Source of the DNA: Amoebidium appalachense
Lineage: Eukaryota > Protista > Ichthyosporea
Length of the DNA stretch: 64,000 nucleotides
Assembly: GCA_963693365.1 (NCBI GenBank)
Contig: CAVNZM010000001.1
Location: forward strand, 1,814,907-1,878,906
Reading direction: 5' to 3'
Below are positions 1 through 13,530 of this stretch, in pieces (the first letter of the stretch is position 1; each line of letters starts with the position of its first letter). The notes beneath the pieces were generated by a model, which saw only the letters and a list, made by a program, of their open reading frames with translations, searched no databases and was not told where the DNA came from. Position numbers and translations under genes: made by a program.

Positions 1-2615
1 GAAATCATGTATGGATTGGACTTAGAGGAATTTCAGGTATTTATTCGAAGATCAGAATAAATTCAGTTCAGTCGTGTCTAAACATTGATGTCTGTTGTGT
101 ACACTGCTCCGATCGTTCCGTGTTTTGTTGTTGTGTGTGTCTGTGGTGTTTTCACACTGCACCACTGTGTCTCTGCTTACATCCCAAATACTTATAGAAA
201 TTAACAGGTTATGCAGCCCTTTTGTACGCTCCCTACACACATCTAGAACTCGCGCTCGTTTTTCAATCATGGATCCAAACAAAACTGGCGTAAACAAAAT
301 CACCATGTGGAAAGGTGAAGGGAAGACTGGTCCCGATAGCAAAACTACCTATTTTCAATGGGAAATCATTTTTCTCGGCATGATGACCGGCACTAAAGGT
401 GTCCGACTCGTGGATGTTGTCCTTGCTGACAACTACGTCCCCCCTACCACCGTCGCGGTTGACGGTGAACCCCCCTTCTATGGCTACGGCACTACCGCGG
501 AACTCAAAGAGGCCCGCAATTGCCTCCTGCTCCATATGATACAGAACATCGACCCTTCCGTCCTCACCACCGTTGCCCAGTACCGTATTGGCATGGACCC
601 TGAACGGGCCATGTGGAAATTCCGTCAACACTATCTCCAAGGCAAACCCGATCAGATCCGCATCCTTCACCGTCAGTGGGATGCCTGTGCCCTTCAGCCC
701 GGTGAATCATTCACCACCTACCTGAGCCGTCTGCAGACCATCGTGAACCAGCTCCAGTCTCTCCAAGATGAGTCCATTCACTTCACTCGTCTAGCTGAGA
801 AGTTCTTCAATGAACTCACCACCAGAGACGACCTCACCCCTGAGTTCAATCGTCTTATCGAAGACTATCACTTCGGTGATAAGCTATTCCCCGACTTCGA
901 GTCCCTCCATAACCACGTCAAGGGCATCGAGTTACGTCAAGACCTCAAGATGCAACTCCGGAACAACCGTGCCCACCGTGCCTCCAAGTCCAGCATGGCA
1001 TTAAATGCCAGTGCTCCCCCCCGTGATCTTCCTCGCCGTGACTTACGCACCCGACTTGACCGTATCTCTGGCACGGACCTCCGAACTCGTCTCTCCCGTC
1101 AGCACACCCGATCCCGTTCCCCCCACCGGCCTGACTTCCGGTCCACGTCTCGTTCCCCCAGTCGTTCCCGTTTCTCGGGTTCCCGTCGTTCTGATTCCCC
1201 GGCTCGTTCTAACACCCCGTCCGTGAAAGAATGCTCCTACTGCCACGAGCCTGATCACACGATCATCGATTGCCCTGAGCCGAAATGCCGTATGTCCAGA
1301 CACAACCGTTCCCGTCAAGGCAGTGAGAAATCTGTCTCCTTTGCTTTCTCGGCATACAATGCTAGCTCCGTCCCCGTGTCCTCCGACCCTGCCTGGGATT
1401 CCGGGTGCAACATGACTGTTTGCCCCACCCGTGAGTTCTTCCATGACCTCACTCCCCTTCCGACACCGACACCCGTTGCTGCCTTCAATGGCACCCCCGT
1501 CTTGGCCACTCACACCGGCCATATCGTCATCAACACCACCACCGACCATGGCACTACCACCCTAACCATTGAAGCCTACTACACCCCGTCTGGCCAAGCC
1601 TTCCTCATTTCAACATCCCAAGCTGCTGCCGAATACATCAAGGGTGATTTGAACGATGCCTCCACTCCGTCATTCCTCTTCGACCGACTCACCGGCCGTC
1701 ATCTCGTCAACCTCCGTCTACACAACGGTCTGTATTACTTCAAGGACTACACCATTCAACCACCCACTCGTCCTGTGGCTCTGGCTGCCACTACCAGTGT
1801 TAACCCATCCATCTGGCACCATCGTCTGGGGCACCGAGCTATGACCAGCATCAAGGACATGGTGAAACACGACCTTGTTATTGGTCTCCCCTCCTCTGTC
1901 CTCGACTGTGATGTTCCTGATTGTCATGGCTGCATTATGGGTAAGACCACCAAGGCTCCGTTCAGGGGTGACCGTCCTCACTCCAACATCCCCGGTCATG
2001 AATGGCATTGGGATTTTTTTGAGCCTACCACAACATCGTACGGAGGTTCCAAGGTTGCTCTCGTCACTGTCTGCCGTGCCTCTGGCCTCGTCAAGATCTA
2101 CCCGATGGCCGACCGTACCACCACCCTGGATATTCTCACAGCTCACACCAACCTCGTTGCCACCCATGCCCCCTCCAAAGTTGGTGTTTACCACTTCGAC
2201 TCCGGCTCTGAGTTCACCTCCAAGTATACCCGTGCTTTTTGCCTCTCCCAGGGCATCAAGGCCAGCTATGCTCCGGTGGACTGCCCTCAACTGAACGGCT
2301 ATGTTGAACGACGTATGCGGTTCCTCCAAGAGATTGTCCGTTGCCTCCTCCATCAAGTCCAAGATCAGTCTCTGTCTCCCAAACTGTGGGCTGAGGCCCT
2401 CCAACATGCCGCCTACATCATCAACGTCACCCCGTCCACGACTGCCAATGGTCGTACACCATTCGAGGTTTTCTACGGTGTCAAGCCCGACATCTCCGAG
2501 CTCAAAGTGTTCGGTTGCCCTGCCTACACTCACGTGCCAGCCTCTAAACGGAACAAGCTGGCCCCCACCGTCAAACTCGGCATGTATATCGGCTATGATC
2601 TTCAATCACACTGCC
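1..2615 (+). mobile_element. Ty1/copia retrotransposon Copia-A copy 1: 3' part of 5' LTR (1-206), PBS, gag-PR-IN; truncated at 2615
   Basis: LTR ends ...AATTAACA at 206, then GGTTATGCAGCCC; internal sequence near-identical to 38864-41272; breaks off at an inverted LTR at 2616. Confidence 0.93.
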
Positions 2616-2770
2616 TGTTAACTTCTATAAGTATTTGGGATGTAAGCAGAGACACAGTGGTGCAGTGTGAAAACACCACAGACACACACAACAACAAAAC
2701 ACGGAACGATCGGAGCAGTGTACACAACAGACATCAATGTTTAGACACGACTGAACTGAATTTATTCTGA
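269..2770 (+). pseudogene. Truncated copia Gag-protease-integrase polyprotein; last ~50 aa read from the antisense LTR
   Basis: Zn knuckle CSYCHEPDHTIIDC, protease WDSGC, GAG-pre-integrase WHHRLGH..C..C, IN D..DSGSEF..NGYVER; frame open from 95, first ATG at 269. Confidence 0.9.
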
Positions 2771-3540
2771 TCTTCGAATAAATACCTGAAATTCCTCTAA
2801 GTCCAATCCATACATGATTTCCGACCAGTCGGAAATCAGATCCATCTCTAATAGAAACCAATCACTAAGAACCAATTGCTTTCAGAGAGATCCGGTACGC
2901 GGAGGCGTACACGATAGGACACAGACACTAGTTAGGATCAACTCGTGTCATCATCAAGGAAGTTCTAACCTATGACATACTGCAAAGACTCAGACATATC
3001 ACACTTAACCTTGATGATTGGTTAAAGCCCGGCAACACATGAAAACTAAAGTGAATTAATGAAGTCTAAACACACATGCTATTCTAAGTGTAGCCTAAGT
3101 GTGTTACCGTCCAATGAACACGTATTAAGTAACACAAATCTACCTAACATATATTAGTAGAAAAGAAATACGATTATACACATGAAGACAAGGAGAGAAA
3201 GAAAAGAAAATAAGGAAGGAGAAAGAGGAAGGAAAAGAGAGCACAGATCAACAAACAAGATAGTAATAGCATAACTATAACCAGAGATATTTATGTACAC
3301 ACGAACATGTACACGTCTCTCCCTGAGTGGGTGGATCCGTGTACACACATATAAATATTCTAATCGATATTACAATACACGATTAAAGCCGATACAACAC
3401 GATTACAAGTATACAAGCATATCGGAGATCGATGCTACACTTTACATAATAGGAGTGTGGCATTTACACTAAGCATATGAACTGAAACATAACACAAACT
3501 GAGAAGATCTTACCATATGTAAATACTACGTATTACAACA
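2616..3540 (-). repeat. Complete Copia-A LTR (925 bp, subtype A) without matching TSD
   Basis: TG...CA termini; matches 37939-38863; flanks CTGCC vs CCCCA. Confidence 0.92.
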
Positions 3541-4102
<562 letters not shown>

Positions 4103-4959
4103 AATCCGTTCTCTTCCCGGCGAATTGATCATGAAGGGACCCCCCACTGGGGCCGGGCCCTCATGATTAACTGTTAACTGCTAGGCTATTTTTGTCTTCA
4201 ACACAGCACCGACGTCTGTACCCGTGTTACGGTGTTAAAGGTGTGAACCACGAGCCAAGCCGTTACCACTGTGACGTAACCACTAAAAACCAGTACACAC
4301 TTGACCCAGGGATTTCATACACCCCAGCCTCATGATGGCATGAGACGGTGGGTGGCACCGGCCTCGAGATCCCTCCACTCAAAACCTAGCTTAGGAAATA
4401 AAATTCAACCACGGCAGCTGCAGTGGTATGTCCAGGGGGTCGCATGTGATGTCTATCGTGACTACGGACGTATACATTTACGAGATAGTAATGGCTAAGG
4501 GCCCTAATGCTACGACAATTGGCCATGACGGGCGAAGCTCTTGTGTGCGCACATGCAAAAATACTTATGTAATATTAAAAGAAAAAAGAGAGACAATCTG
4601 TACACGTCTCGCAGATTACTCTAAAATAGACAAGTTGCAAGTTTTTGAATTCATGCTCGACAACAACATGATTCATGATCAAACGGACGAAACTTGCTGA
4701 GTCCGCGAACACAACATGTGAAAGATGAGCGCCCAACATGGCCGAAACATTAGACCCAATAGAGCCACTTTATTCTGGAGCTCGTGTCTGTTGTTTTGCA
4801 TACATATTTGACGGGGTTCAGGGGGAAGATTTCACAGATGACGGGCCACACGTTGGTCTTACAAGAAGTTCGGCCTGAGCTGGGACACACAAATACTGGT
4901 AGGCACAGTAGTGAAGTGATGCAAGGCAAACGAAGACAGTGAATGGAAAGTAAAGTTTG

Positions 4960-6830
4960 ATTTTGACGGTACCACAGAAGTAGTTCTGCGCAATCAGCTA
5001 ACTTTAATAGATGAAGAAGACAAAGAACACACAAGTAGCGAGCTAGAGAGTAATAGTGATGAAGATCCAGATGGAGACATCCAACAAGTAGAGATTCCTG
5101 TCACAGACAGTGAGAGTGAAGATGAGATAGAACTTGTAGATGAACAAGTAGAGTTACCTACCCCCACCGACCCCACGTGCACCTTGCAATGGACCATTCC
5201 AGATGAGCAAGTACTTGACAAAAGAACAGGCCCACGCAGAAAACCAACCATCTAGCGCTAAAACGAAAACCCCACCCTCTCGGTCAAGAAATAAAAACTC
5301 TACAGTCACGACTGTGTAACCAACATAATAACTTCGAAATGAACGAGGGGAAGCTTAGGATGGCTAGCAAACCGTACCGACAGTTGGGAGCTGGAACAGG
5401 CACCACCTTACGTCTTCTAACCCCATGGGCCAACCCCACCCACCGTAACCCCAGAACGATCGTCGGAGACAGCTGGTTTGGGTCAGTCACCGGGACAAGG
5501 GAAGTGTACAAAATCGGATTCTACGCACTTTTCAATGTCAAAACCGCAACCAGAGACTTTCCTCTCAACATGTTGGACCTTCTATGTGAGGAAGGACGTG
5601 GTGTATGGTCGGAGGCAGTGTGCAGTGTGGACGGAGTAGACCTCGTTGCGGTGTTATGGAGAAACAACAACAACAGTATGAAAGTGATCACCTCATGTTC
5701 AAGTACTCAGCCGGGTCAACCTAGAAAATCACGAAACGGAAATGACGTCCCCCAACCGAAAGCAGTCGAAGAATACTTCGAAAACTACAACATGGCCGAT
5801 ATATTCAACAAAACACGAATGTTAAACGGCTCTGTGGACGAAGCTGTCATGTGCTGAGCTGATTCGTATTAGTTTGCTTCTATATTTCGTGTTTTGGTGA
5901 GTGAATTTCGGGGGTTTTTTTGCATAGTGATGCCGGGGTCTAAGTGGGGTATGAGGAGATTCATCAGTGGTATGGGGAGAACCTGATGCGGCGGCGGCTG
6001 ATTGTTAAAGGTGCGCGCGTGCATGCACCATGCCTCTGCGTACTCTCCATGTTAAATGTTGTATTGCTTCTTTCTGTGTGCTTGGCGAGACCCATGTTGC
6101 CTGCTCGCGTGTGTGTATGCTTATATGTATTGTGAGTAGACGTGTGTACGTGTTGTAGTGCTGTAGGGGTGTCTGATGTGGCGGTAGCCAATGGTGTGGA
6201 GTGCGTGTAGTCTGTGGGGGAGGGAGTGTTGTGATTGGCTGAATGTCACTGTGGTATTTGTCTGGCCAGTGGGCCGCGTGTCTGTGAAGTGTCTCGCGAG
6301 GTCGCGGGCTTTTCGAAGTTCTTCTCAGAACACGGAAAAAAAAAAACTCGCTTCCCACCCAACTCAAAAAAAGTTTATACGTATACACGGTTTCAAGCCC
6401 CTTTAAGCGTGCAGTTAGTTAGAGTAGTTTGTATACACTCTGTTTGTAGGTACGACACTTGGGCACTAAACGTCACCAACTCCGCACCTTTGGGGGGCTT
6501 CTGGGGTTTGTAGTAGCAAACGTACACTTTGCATACAGATACTTTGGCAAATCCACAAACACGAGCATGGACACAAGGCGTGAGCTAGCAGAAGCACTCA
6601 CATGCAACCCCCACCTGCCTGCACTAGAATACCCCCTTCCCCCTGCTGCTACTGCCCCGCATGCTCTACAATGTAACATGGACACCAGCGTGCCAGAAAA
6701 GAAAGAAAAGGTAGATGCGTTCTCTGCTTTAGGAACAAAGGGGAACGCCACCAGACACATACCTACTGCATCAAGTGTAATGTGTTTCTCTGCAATGATC
6801 AAACACGTGCATGCTTCGAAAACCACATCA
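4960..6830 (+). pseudogene. Decayed piggyBac-like DDE transposase
   Basis: Acidic N-terminus (~5000-5250); VGDSWFGSV and PKAVEEYFENYNMADIFNKTR (5339-5844); RTFGGLLGFVVANVHFAYRYF (6459-); C-terminal Cys-rich TYCIKCNVFLC...CFENH (~6760-6826); stops and frameshifts. Confidence 0.75.
5845..6457. mobile_element. 613-bp insertion with TGTC...GACA ends interrupting the piggyBac-like ORF
   Basis: Exact removal rejoins GAC GAA GC|C TTG GGC ACT in frame; no TSD. Confidence 0.5.
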
Positions 6831-7020
6831 CATAATTATGGTGTTCCTCCACGCACACGCACCCAAGTCAACACAAACACAGGCCCGGTACGATCACGCA
6901 GAAACACTACACATTAAAGTACCTTCTGCCCACTGGTCAGTTTCTGTACATTGCGCAACACTCATTTGTCGTTTTCGGATTAGGGGTGATTTGTTTGGTT
7001 TTTATTCGTTTTCGAAGAAA

Positions 7021-8661
7021 TGTTGTAATACGTAGTATTTACATATGGTAAGATCTTCTCAGTTTGTGTTATGTTTCAGTTCATATGCTTAGTGTATATG
7101 CCACACTCCTATTATGTAAAGTGTAGCATCGATCTCCGATATGCTTGTATACTTGTAATCGTGTTGTATCGGCTTTAATCGTGTGTTGTAATATCGATTA
7201 GAATATTTATGTGTGTGTACACGGATCCACCCACTCAGTGTCATCTTCACTTGATTCTCAGCAAGACTTAGAAGTTGAGTTTTGTATTTATTTATTAGTT
7301 GTTTTAGTTTGTTTCCTTTTCCTTTCTTCATTTCTTTCTTTCTTTTCTGTTTCGGTGTACAAGACATCTTAGATCTGTGTACGTATCGACATACTTAGCT
7401 CGCGCACACGTATTGTCGTTTGTGTCAAAATCTATATATGTCATCCAATCATATCTCGTTTGTATTTTCCCAAATATAGTAACTTGCATTCCTTTCTCAT
7501 TCCTTTCCCACGACGTAGCATTGTGCTATGTTCTTCAACTATTAGGAATAATTATATTTAGACGTGTTATGATAAGAACATGTATAAATGTATGTTATGA
7601 ATTAATAGTTACATAAGTGGTTTCATTTTATTAAATGTTTCCGTGCTTTTATTAGAAGTTTCTTTCATTAGAGGATTGAGTTTTATATTCTATGTGTCGA
7701 CAGACATTTTAATCGATATATTTTACACTCATAGTTTTCGTCCTTTTGATTGGTTTATCGTTTCACATTCCCAAGTATAAAAGGGACCTCATCTTGAAAT
7801 AAATCACAAGCAGTCGTATTCATTTCCTATGGTTCCAGAAATCGTTCCTCCTCTCCGGTTGTGTTTTTCCCGTGTGTCTCTGTGTTGTGTATATCATAAC
7901 ACCCATCTGTGCTCTCTGCTTCTCCGTTTACCCACACAAAATAACACTCAGGGAGAGATGTGTACATGTTCGTGTGTACATAAATATCTCTGGTTATAGT
8001 TATGCTATTACTATCTTGTTTGTTGATCTGTGCACTCTTTTCCTTCCTCTTTCTCCTTCCTTATTTTCTTTTCTTTCTCTCCTTGTCTTCATGTGTATAA
8101 TCGTATTTCTTTTCTACTAATATATGTTAGGTAGATTTGTGTTACTTAATACGTCGTGTTCATTGGACGGTAACACACTTAGGCTACACTTAGAATAGCA
8201 TGTGTGTTTAGACTTCATTAATTCACTTTAGTTTTCATGTGTTGCCGGGCTTTAACCAATCATCAAGGTTAAGTGTGACATGCCTGAGTCTTTGCAGTAT
8301 GTCATAGGTTAGAATTTCCTTGATGATGACACGAGTTGATCTTAACTAGTGTCTGTGTCCTATCGTGTACGTCTCCGCGTACCGGATCTCTCTGAAAGCA
8401 ATTGGTTCTTAGTGATTGGTTTCTATTAGAGATAGATCTGATTTCCGACTGGTCGGAAATCATGTATGGATTGGACTTAGAGGAATTTCAGGTATTTATT
8501 CGAAGATCAGAATAAATTCAGTTCAGTCGTGTCTAAACATTGATGTCTGTTGTGTACACTGCTCCGATCGTTCCGTGTTTTGTTGTTGTGTGTGTCTGTG
8601 GTGTTTTCACACTGCACCACTGTGTCTCTGCTTTCATCCCAAATACTTATATAATTTAACA
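7021..8661 (+). repeat. Solo Copia-A LTR (subtype A) carrying a nested solo LTR-B
   Basis: TGTTGTAATACG...TTTAACA; 5-bp TSD AGAAA at 7016-7020 and 8662-8666. Confidence 0.95.
7239..7946 (+). repeat. Solo Copia-B LTR (708 bp)
   Basis: TGTCATC...AATAACA; TSD CTCAG at 7234-7238 and 7947-7951; matches 26007-26714. Confidence 0.95.
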
Positions 8662-9343
8662 AGAAACTGTTTGTGGTAACTAGATGCTAAAAGGGTTATT
8701 TGAAGTGTGTGTACCGAAAAAAATGAATTTGAAAGCTGATGTGAATGTTTCTCAAACGAAAAATGCACCTGTGGTGCAAAGCAACAACGTGAACGGTATT
8801 TAAGTATGCATCTTTGGCACGCATTTGTAACAAGTTTGCCGTTTTTCTTGGCTCAGGCCTATGGCCTCCCTGTGCCAGAACCCGTAAAGTGCAAAATAAG
8901 CCATACCAACAAGCATTTCGAGAAATTATTGTAGTCATGGGGTGCGCAAACACTACAAAGTTATCCGTAAATTGATGCTCGAAATCGTTGAATGCCTACC
9001 AATCCTTACTAAGCCATTACCCCGCTAAGAATTTTTCTACGGTTTTTTTGTGATGTGCTTGGTTCCTGTCACGTGAGAAAAAGAGAGTAACACGTGCAAA
9101 ACTGACCCTGCGCCAGGCGTTTTTATATGATGACGTCACTGAGTACTCAGGTTGGAGTATTTTAGACACCAAACTGCTTTTCGATTGCTTTATGGCCGGT
9201 CTGATGATGAGAGGCAGCACCCAGCTGCCGTCCCCGCAGGCCCCCACTGGGCCGCAAATCAATCACATGTACTGACTCCCGGCCCTGGGGCCATACACAC
9301 GAGATCAATACAGATAAGGCCCTCGGGCCCGAAAACAGAAATC

Positions 9344-9377
<34 letters not shown>

Positions 9378-9581
9378 CCAACCAAGCACTACTACCCTCA
9401 ACCTAGCACCGTAGCCCTGATCCATAAAGCTGAGAACAGCAGGCAAACGGCGAGGAAACAGAATGCGGGCGGGTGGGTGGGTCCTAAGAGAAGCGGCGAG
9501 GAAAAGACTGTTTGAGAGAAGCGAAAAACGCGACTTTTATAGTCGCTTCTACAGGAAGAGATGTGTGATGCCGATCATCAC

Positions 9582-10514
9582 TGTAAAATTATATAAGTGT
9601 TTGGGATGTAAGCAGAGACACAGTGGTGCAGTGTGAAAACACCATAGACACACAACAACAAAACACGGAACGATCGGAGCAGTGTACACAACAGACATCA
9701 ATGTTTAGACACGACTAAACTCAATTTATTTTGATCTTCGAATAAATACCTGAAATTCCTTTAAGTCTAATCCATACATGATTTCCGACCAGACGGAAAT
9801 CAGATCTGTCTCTAATAGAAACCAATCACTAAGAACCAATTGCTTTCAGAGAGATCTGGTACGCAGAGACGTACACGATACAAGGGTACAGACACTAGTT
9901 AAGATCAACTCTTGTCATTATCAAGGAAGTTCTAACCTATGATACACTGCAAAGACTCAGACATATCACACTTAACCTTGATGATTGGTTTAAGCCCGGC
10001 AACACATGAAAACTAAAGTAAATTAATGAAGTCTGATCACACATGCAACCTAAGTGTAGCCTAAGTGTGTTACCGTCCAATCAACACATATTAAGTAACA
10101 CAAATCTACCTAACATATATTGGTAGAAAAGAAATACGATTATACACAATGTCATGAAGACAAGGAGAGAAAGAAAAGAAAATAAGGAAAAGGAGAAAGA
10201 GAAAGGAAAAGAGAGCACAGATCAACAAACAAGATAGTAATAGTATAACTATAACCAGAGATATTTATGTACACACGAACATGTACACGTCTCGCCCTGA
10301 GTGGGTGGATCCGTGTACACACATATAAATATTCTAATTGATATTACAATACACGATTAAAGCCGATACAACACGATTACAAGTATACAAGCATATCAGA
10401 GATCGATGCTACACTTTACATAATAGGAGTGTGGCATTTATACTAAGCATATGAACTGAAACATAACACAAACTGAGAAGATCTTACAATATGTAAATAC
10501 TACGTATTATAACA
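9582..10514 (-). repeat. Solo Copia-A LTR (diverged subtype A)
   Basis: TG...CA termini; TSD ATCAC at 9577-9581 and 10515-10519. Confidence 0.95.
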
Positions 10515-10607
10515 ATCACACCATCTTCTTCCGATTGGTGGATAAAATGAGTATTTACCGAATATATCATTTTAGACACCAAACTGTCAAACTGCTATCT
10601 ACGTCCA

Positions 10608-13530
10608 CTAAGGCACAGCCGGCTGACATACACTATTATGCCTTACGCTGGCTGGCTGGGGCCCCTCAGCCTGCCCAGGAACCGGGGTGCCGTCCAGACG
10701 AAATACTTGCATATGCCACGGCCGCACCCCGCGCGGGAAAATCACCTCAGAGGGGCGCAGAGGCACACTTGCCGAAGCCAACCCCTGAATGACGGGCCAC
10801 CACGACGCCGTATCCCACACTGGAACGACGAGGATGCCCTCTGCACCTTCCCGCTGCAGCTTGGCCACCGTTCGCTTGATCAGCGGGAACGGAGGCGCCC
10901 ACCTGTCCAACTTGGTGCCGTCCACCGCCAACCCGTCTGCCATCCCACCGGGGGCCCCTGCCTGGGCCCACACATTAAACTCGGCCTTCACTGCCGAGGT
11001 GTGGGTGGCAAACCAATCGACTTCGGGCTGCATGCCCAGCAGCCACTCCACCCGCAAGACTGCCTCCGGCGTGACTTGCCATTCATGCCGGGGGTCCACC
11101 CGCGACAGCCAATCTGCTCGGTCGTTGAGCTCACCCGGGATGTAGGCCACCTCCTGTGGCCAAGGCAACCCGTGGTCGAGGCACAACTGCAGAAGCTGCC
11201 ACAGAATGCGCTGCATCGAGGGGCTGCCACTGCCCTTTTTCCGCACAGCCCCAAGGGCCGCCTGGGCATCGGCTTGCCACTGCACCCGCTGCCCACGGAG
11301 GGCTTCCTGCAGGGCAGGGCTCTGATAGGCCTCCAACAGGCCCTCACACTCCGCAATCGCCGCCGCCCGCGGAGCGTCGTCGGCTGCCCACCTGCCCGCC
11401 GCCTCAAGCGCAGGGGCAGGGGATCCCGCCACTTGGTGGTGGCGGCATCCGTGATGAGCGTAACCGTGACCGGGTTGGGCCATATCTCCGCCCGAGGCAA
11501 CCGGCCAATGAACTGGGGCGTCCGACCGATAATCCGTAACTGACGCCCCGAAAGCCAAACGAAACTGCGCCAATTCCCCCCGCGTAGGGCGGCATACACT
11601 GGCCGCACCAACGTCAGCACGTGGGGAGTGGCAGCCCGCAGACTCATGACCACCCCCAACCACCGGGCGACTTGCTTCTTTTCCACCCATCGCTTGCCCT
11701 TGCGAGCCTTGGCCATCACCCGCTTGGTCTCCTGGCAGCTTCTCCATAGAGGTGGCGGTAGGGGCCAACACACCCGCGGCAAGGTCGACATGGATGCCTA
11801 GATGGTCGAGGTGGTCGGTGGGCTCCCACTGGCCCTTCTCCGTATTTCGGCTCAGGCCCGTTGCCTCGAGCTCCCCCTCAACAACACCGCGAGTTTGCAG
11901 CGCCTTTAGCGGCCGTTCGACGACCAACCAGTCGTCCAAGGACGCTAACGTGCGCACACCGCGTCGGTGAAGACGCCGACCGAACTCCTTTATGAGCCGC
12001 ATGAAGTAGTATGGCCATGGGCTGAGGGAATAGCCGAAAGGCAGCACAGTGTACTGATACAGCTGGCCGCCAACCCGAATCTGAAAATATTTACGCCACC
12101 GTGGCGCAATTGCCAGCGCAAAGTAGCCGTCCTCCAGGTCGAAACTGAAGCTGTGGTCACCTGCCAGTGGCTGAGCAATGACCTGCAGGTCACTGAGCGT
12201 CTCGTACTTGAGGCCCCGCTGTACAGCATACTCATTCACTGGGCGCATGTCGATTATAAGCCGCACTTTACCGTTTGGTTTCCGCACCCCAAACGTGGTC
12301 GACACGCAATGCTTCCTGGACTCGTCGATGGGTTCAAGTGCGCCCTTACCCACTTAACGCGCAACTTCCACCAACGCCTCCTCCTCCGAAACTTCGCCCA
12401 AGTTTAGGTACCTCCCCATGTCGTGGGGAGGTGGCGGCCCAGCGCACCATTCGGGTGTGATGCCATACTTAATGTTAAATTGTATAAGTATTTGGGATGT
12501 AAGCAGAGACACAGTGGTGCAGTGTGAAAACACCACAGACACACACAACAACAAAACACGGAACGATCGGAGCAGTGTACACAACAGACATCAATGTTTA
12601 GACACGACTGAACTTAATTTATTTTGATCGCTAATAAATACCTGAAATTCCCTTAAGTTAAATCCATACATGATTTCCGACCAGTCGGAAATCAGATCTA
12701 TGTCTAAAATAACCAATCATAATTAACTGATTATTTCCCGGATAGATCCGGAGACGCGGGAACACACACCATAGGTCACAGCTATAAGAAAGAAAAGAGG
12801 TGAAGAGTAACGAGGAAAGAGGTGGTGTTTCTAACCTATCATCGGCTACAAAGACTCAGACATTTTCTGACTAAGTCCACTGATTGGATATAGTACGGCA
12901 ACACACAAAACAAAAGTGGTTGACTAAGCTATGAATCATACCTGACAAGCTAAAGTGTAACCTAAGTGTTTTTCTACCAATCAAAACATAACGAGTAATA
13001 TAAATCTACTCAACGTATATTAGTGAGAGAGAAATATAATTAAATGAAAGGAAACAAGAGAAGAAAGAAAGAGAAAAGAAAAGACGAAGAAAGAGGAAAA
13101 AGAAAAGAAAGCAGGACAGAAAACACGAACAGCAAAACACAGTTATAACCGAAGATATTCATGTACACATTACATGTACACGTGTCTCCCTCACTGGGTA
13201 GACTCGTGTACCTATAATCAGTTGCTGTAATCGATATCTAAACACACGAATATAGCCGACACAACACGATTACAAGTACTCAAATACACTGGAGATCGAT
13301 GTCATAATTTACGTACAAGGAGCACATCTTTTTCATTAAGTAAATGAATGAAAACATAACACGAACTGAGAAGATCTTACAATATGTAAATACTACGTAT
13401 TATAACACTTAATCCAGAAGAGCACGTCCTTGGCTGCTCCACCGCGCGCCCACTCGTCGTGGCACACACGCACCCGTTGATAGAGCGGTGCAGGTGCTAC
13501 CCCGCCCACTGGCTTACTGGGAGCACACAT
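10608..13530 (-). pseudogene. DIRS-type reverse transcriptase-RNase H-N6-adenine methyltransferase-like polyprotein, disrupted
   Basis: RLIIDMR, FDLEDGYF, LPFG, SLDDWL; RNaseH ITDA...YIPGELNDRADWLSR; MT-like VDWFA...APPFPLI...ILVVPVW; frame continues across the 12473 LTR (VLFWI|KYG); stop at 12354 and frameshifts. Confidence 0.85.
12473..13407 (-). repeat. Solo Copia-A LTR, subtype A' (935 bp)
   Basis: TSD CTTAA at 12468-12472 and 13408-13412; near-identical to 17065-17999. Confidence 0.95.

Noticed and set aside
1718-2605. 295-aa antisense ORF repeated at 20501 and 40375, and similar shadow ORFs
   Set aside because: Recurs only because the copies are near-identical; C-rich codon bias suppresses antisense stops; no motif
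4230-8700. piggyBac TTAA-CCC terminal repeats
   Set aside because: Only weak candidates (TTGACCC at 4301, AGGGTTAT near 8692) with no convincing complementarity
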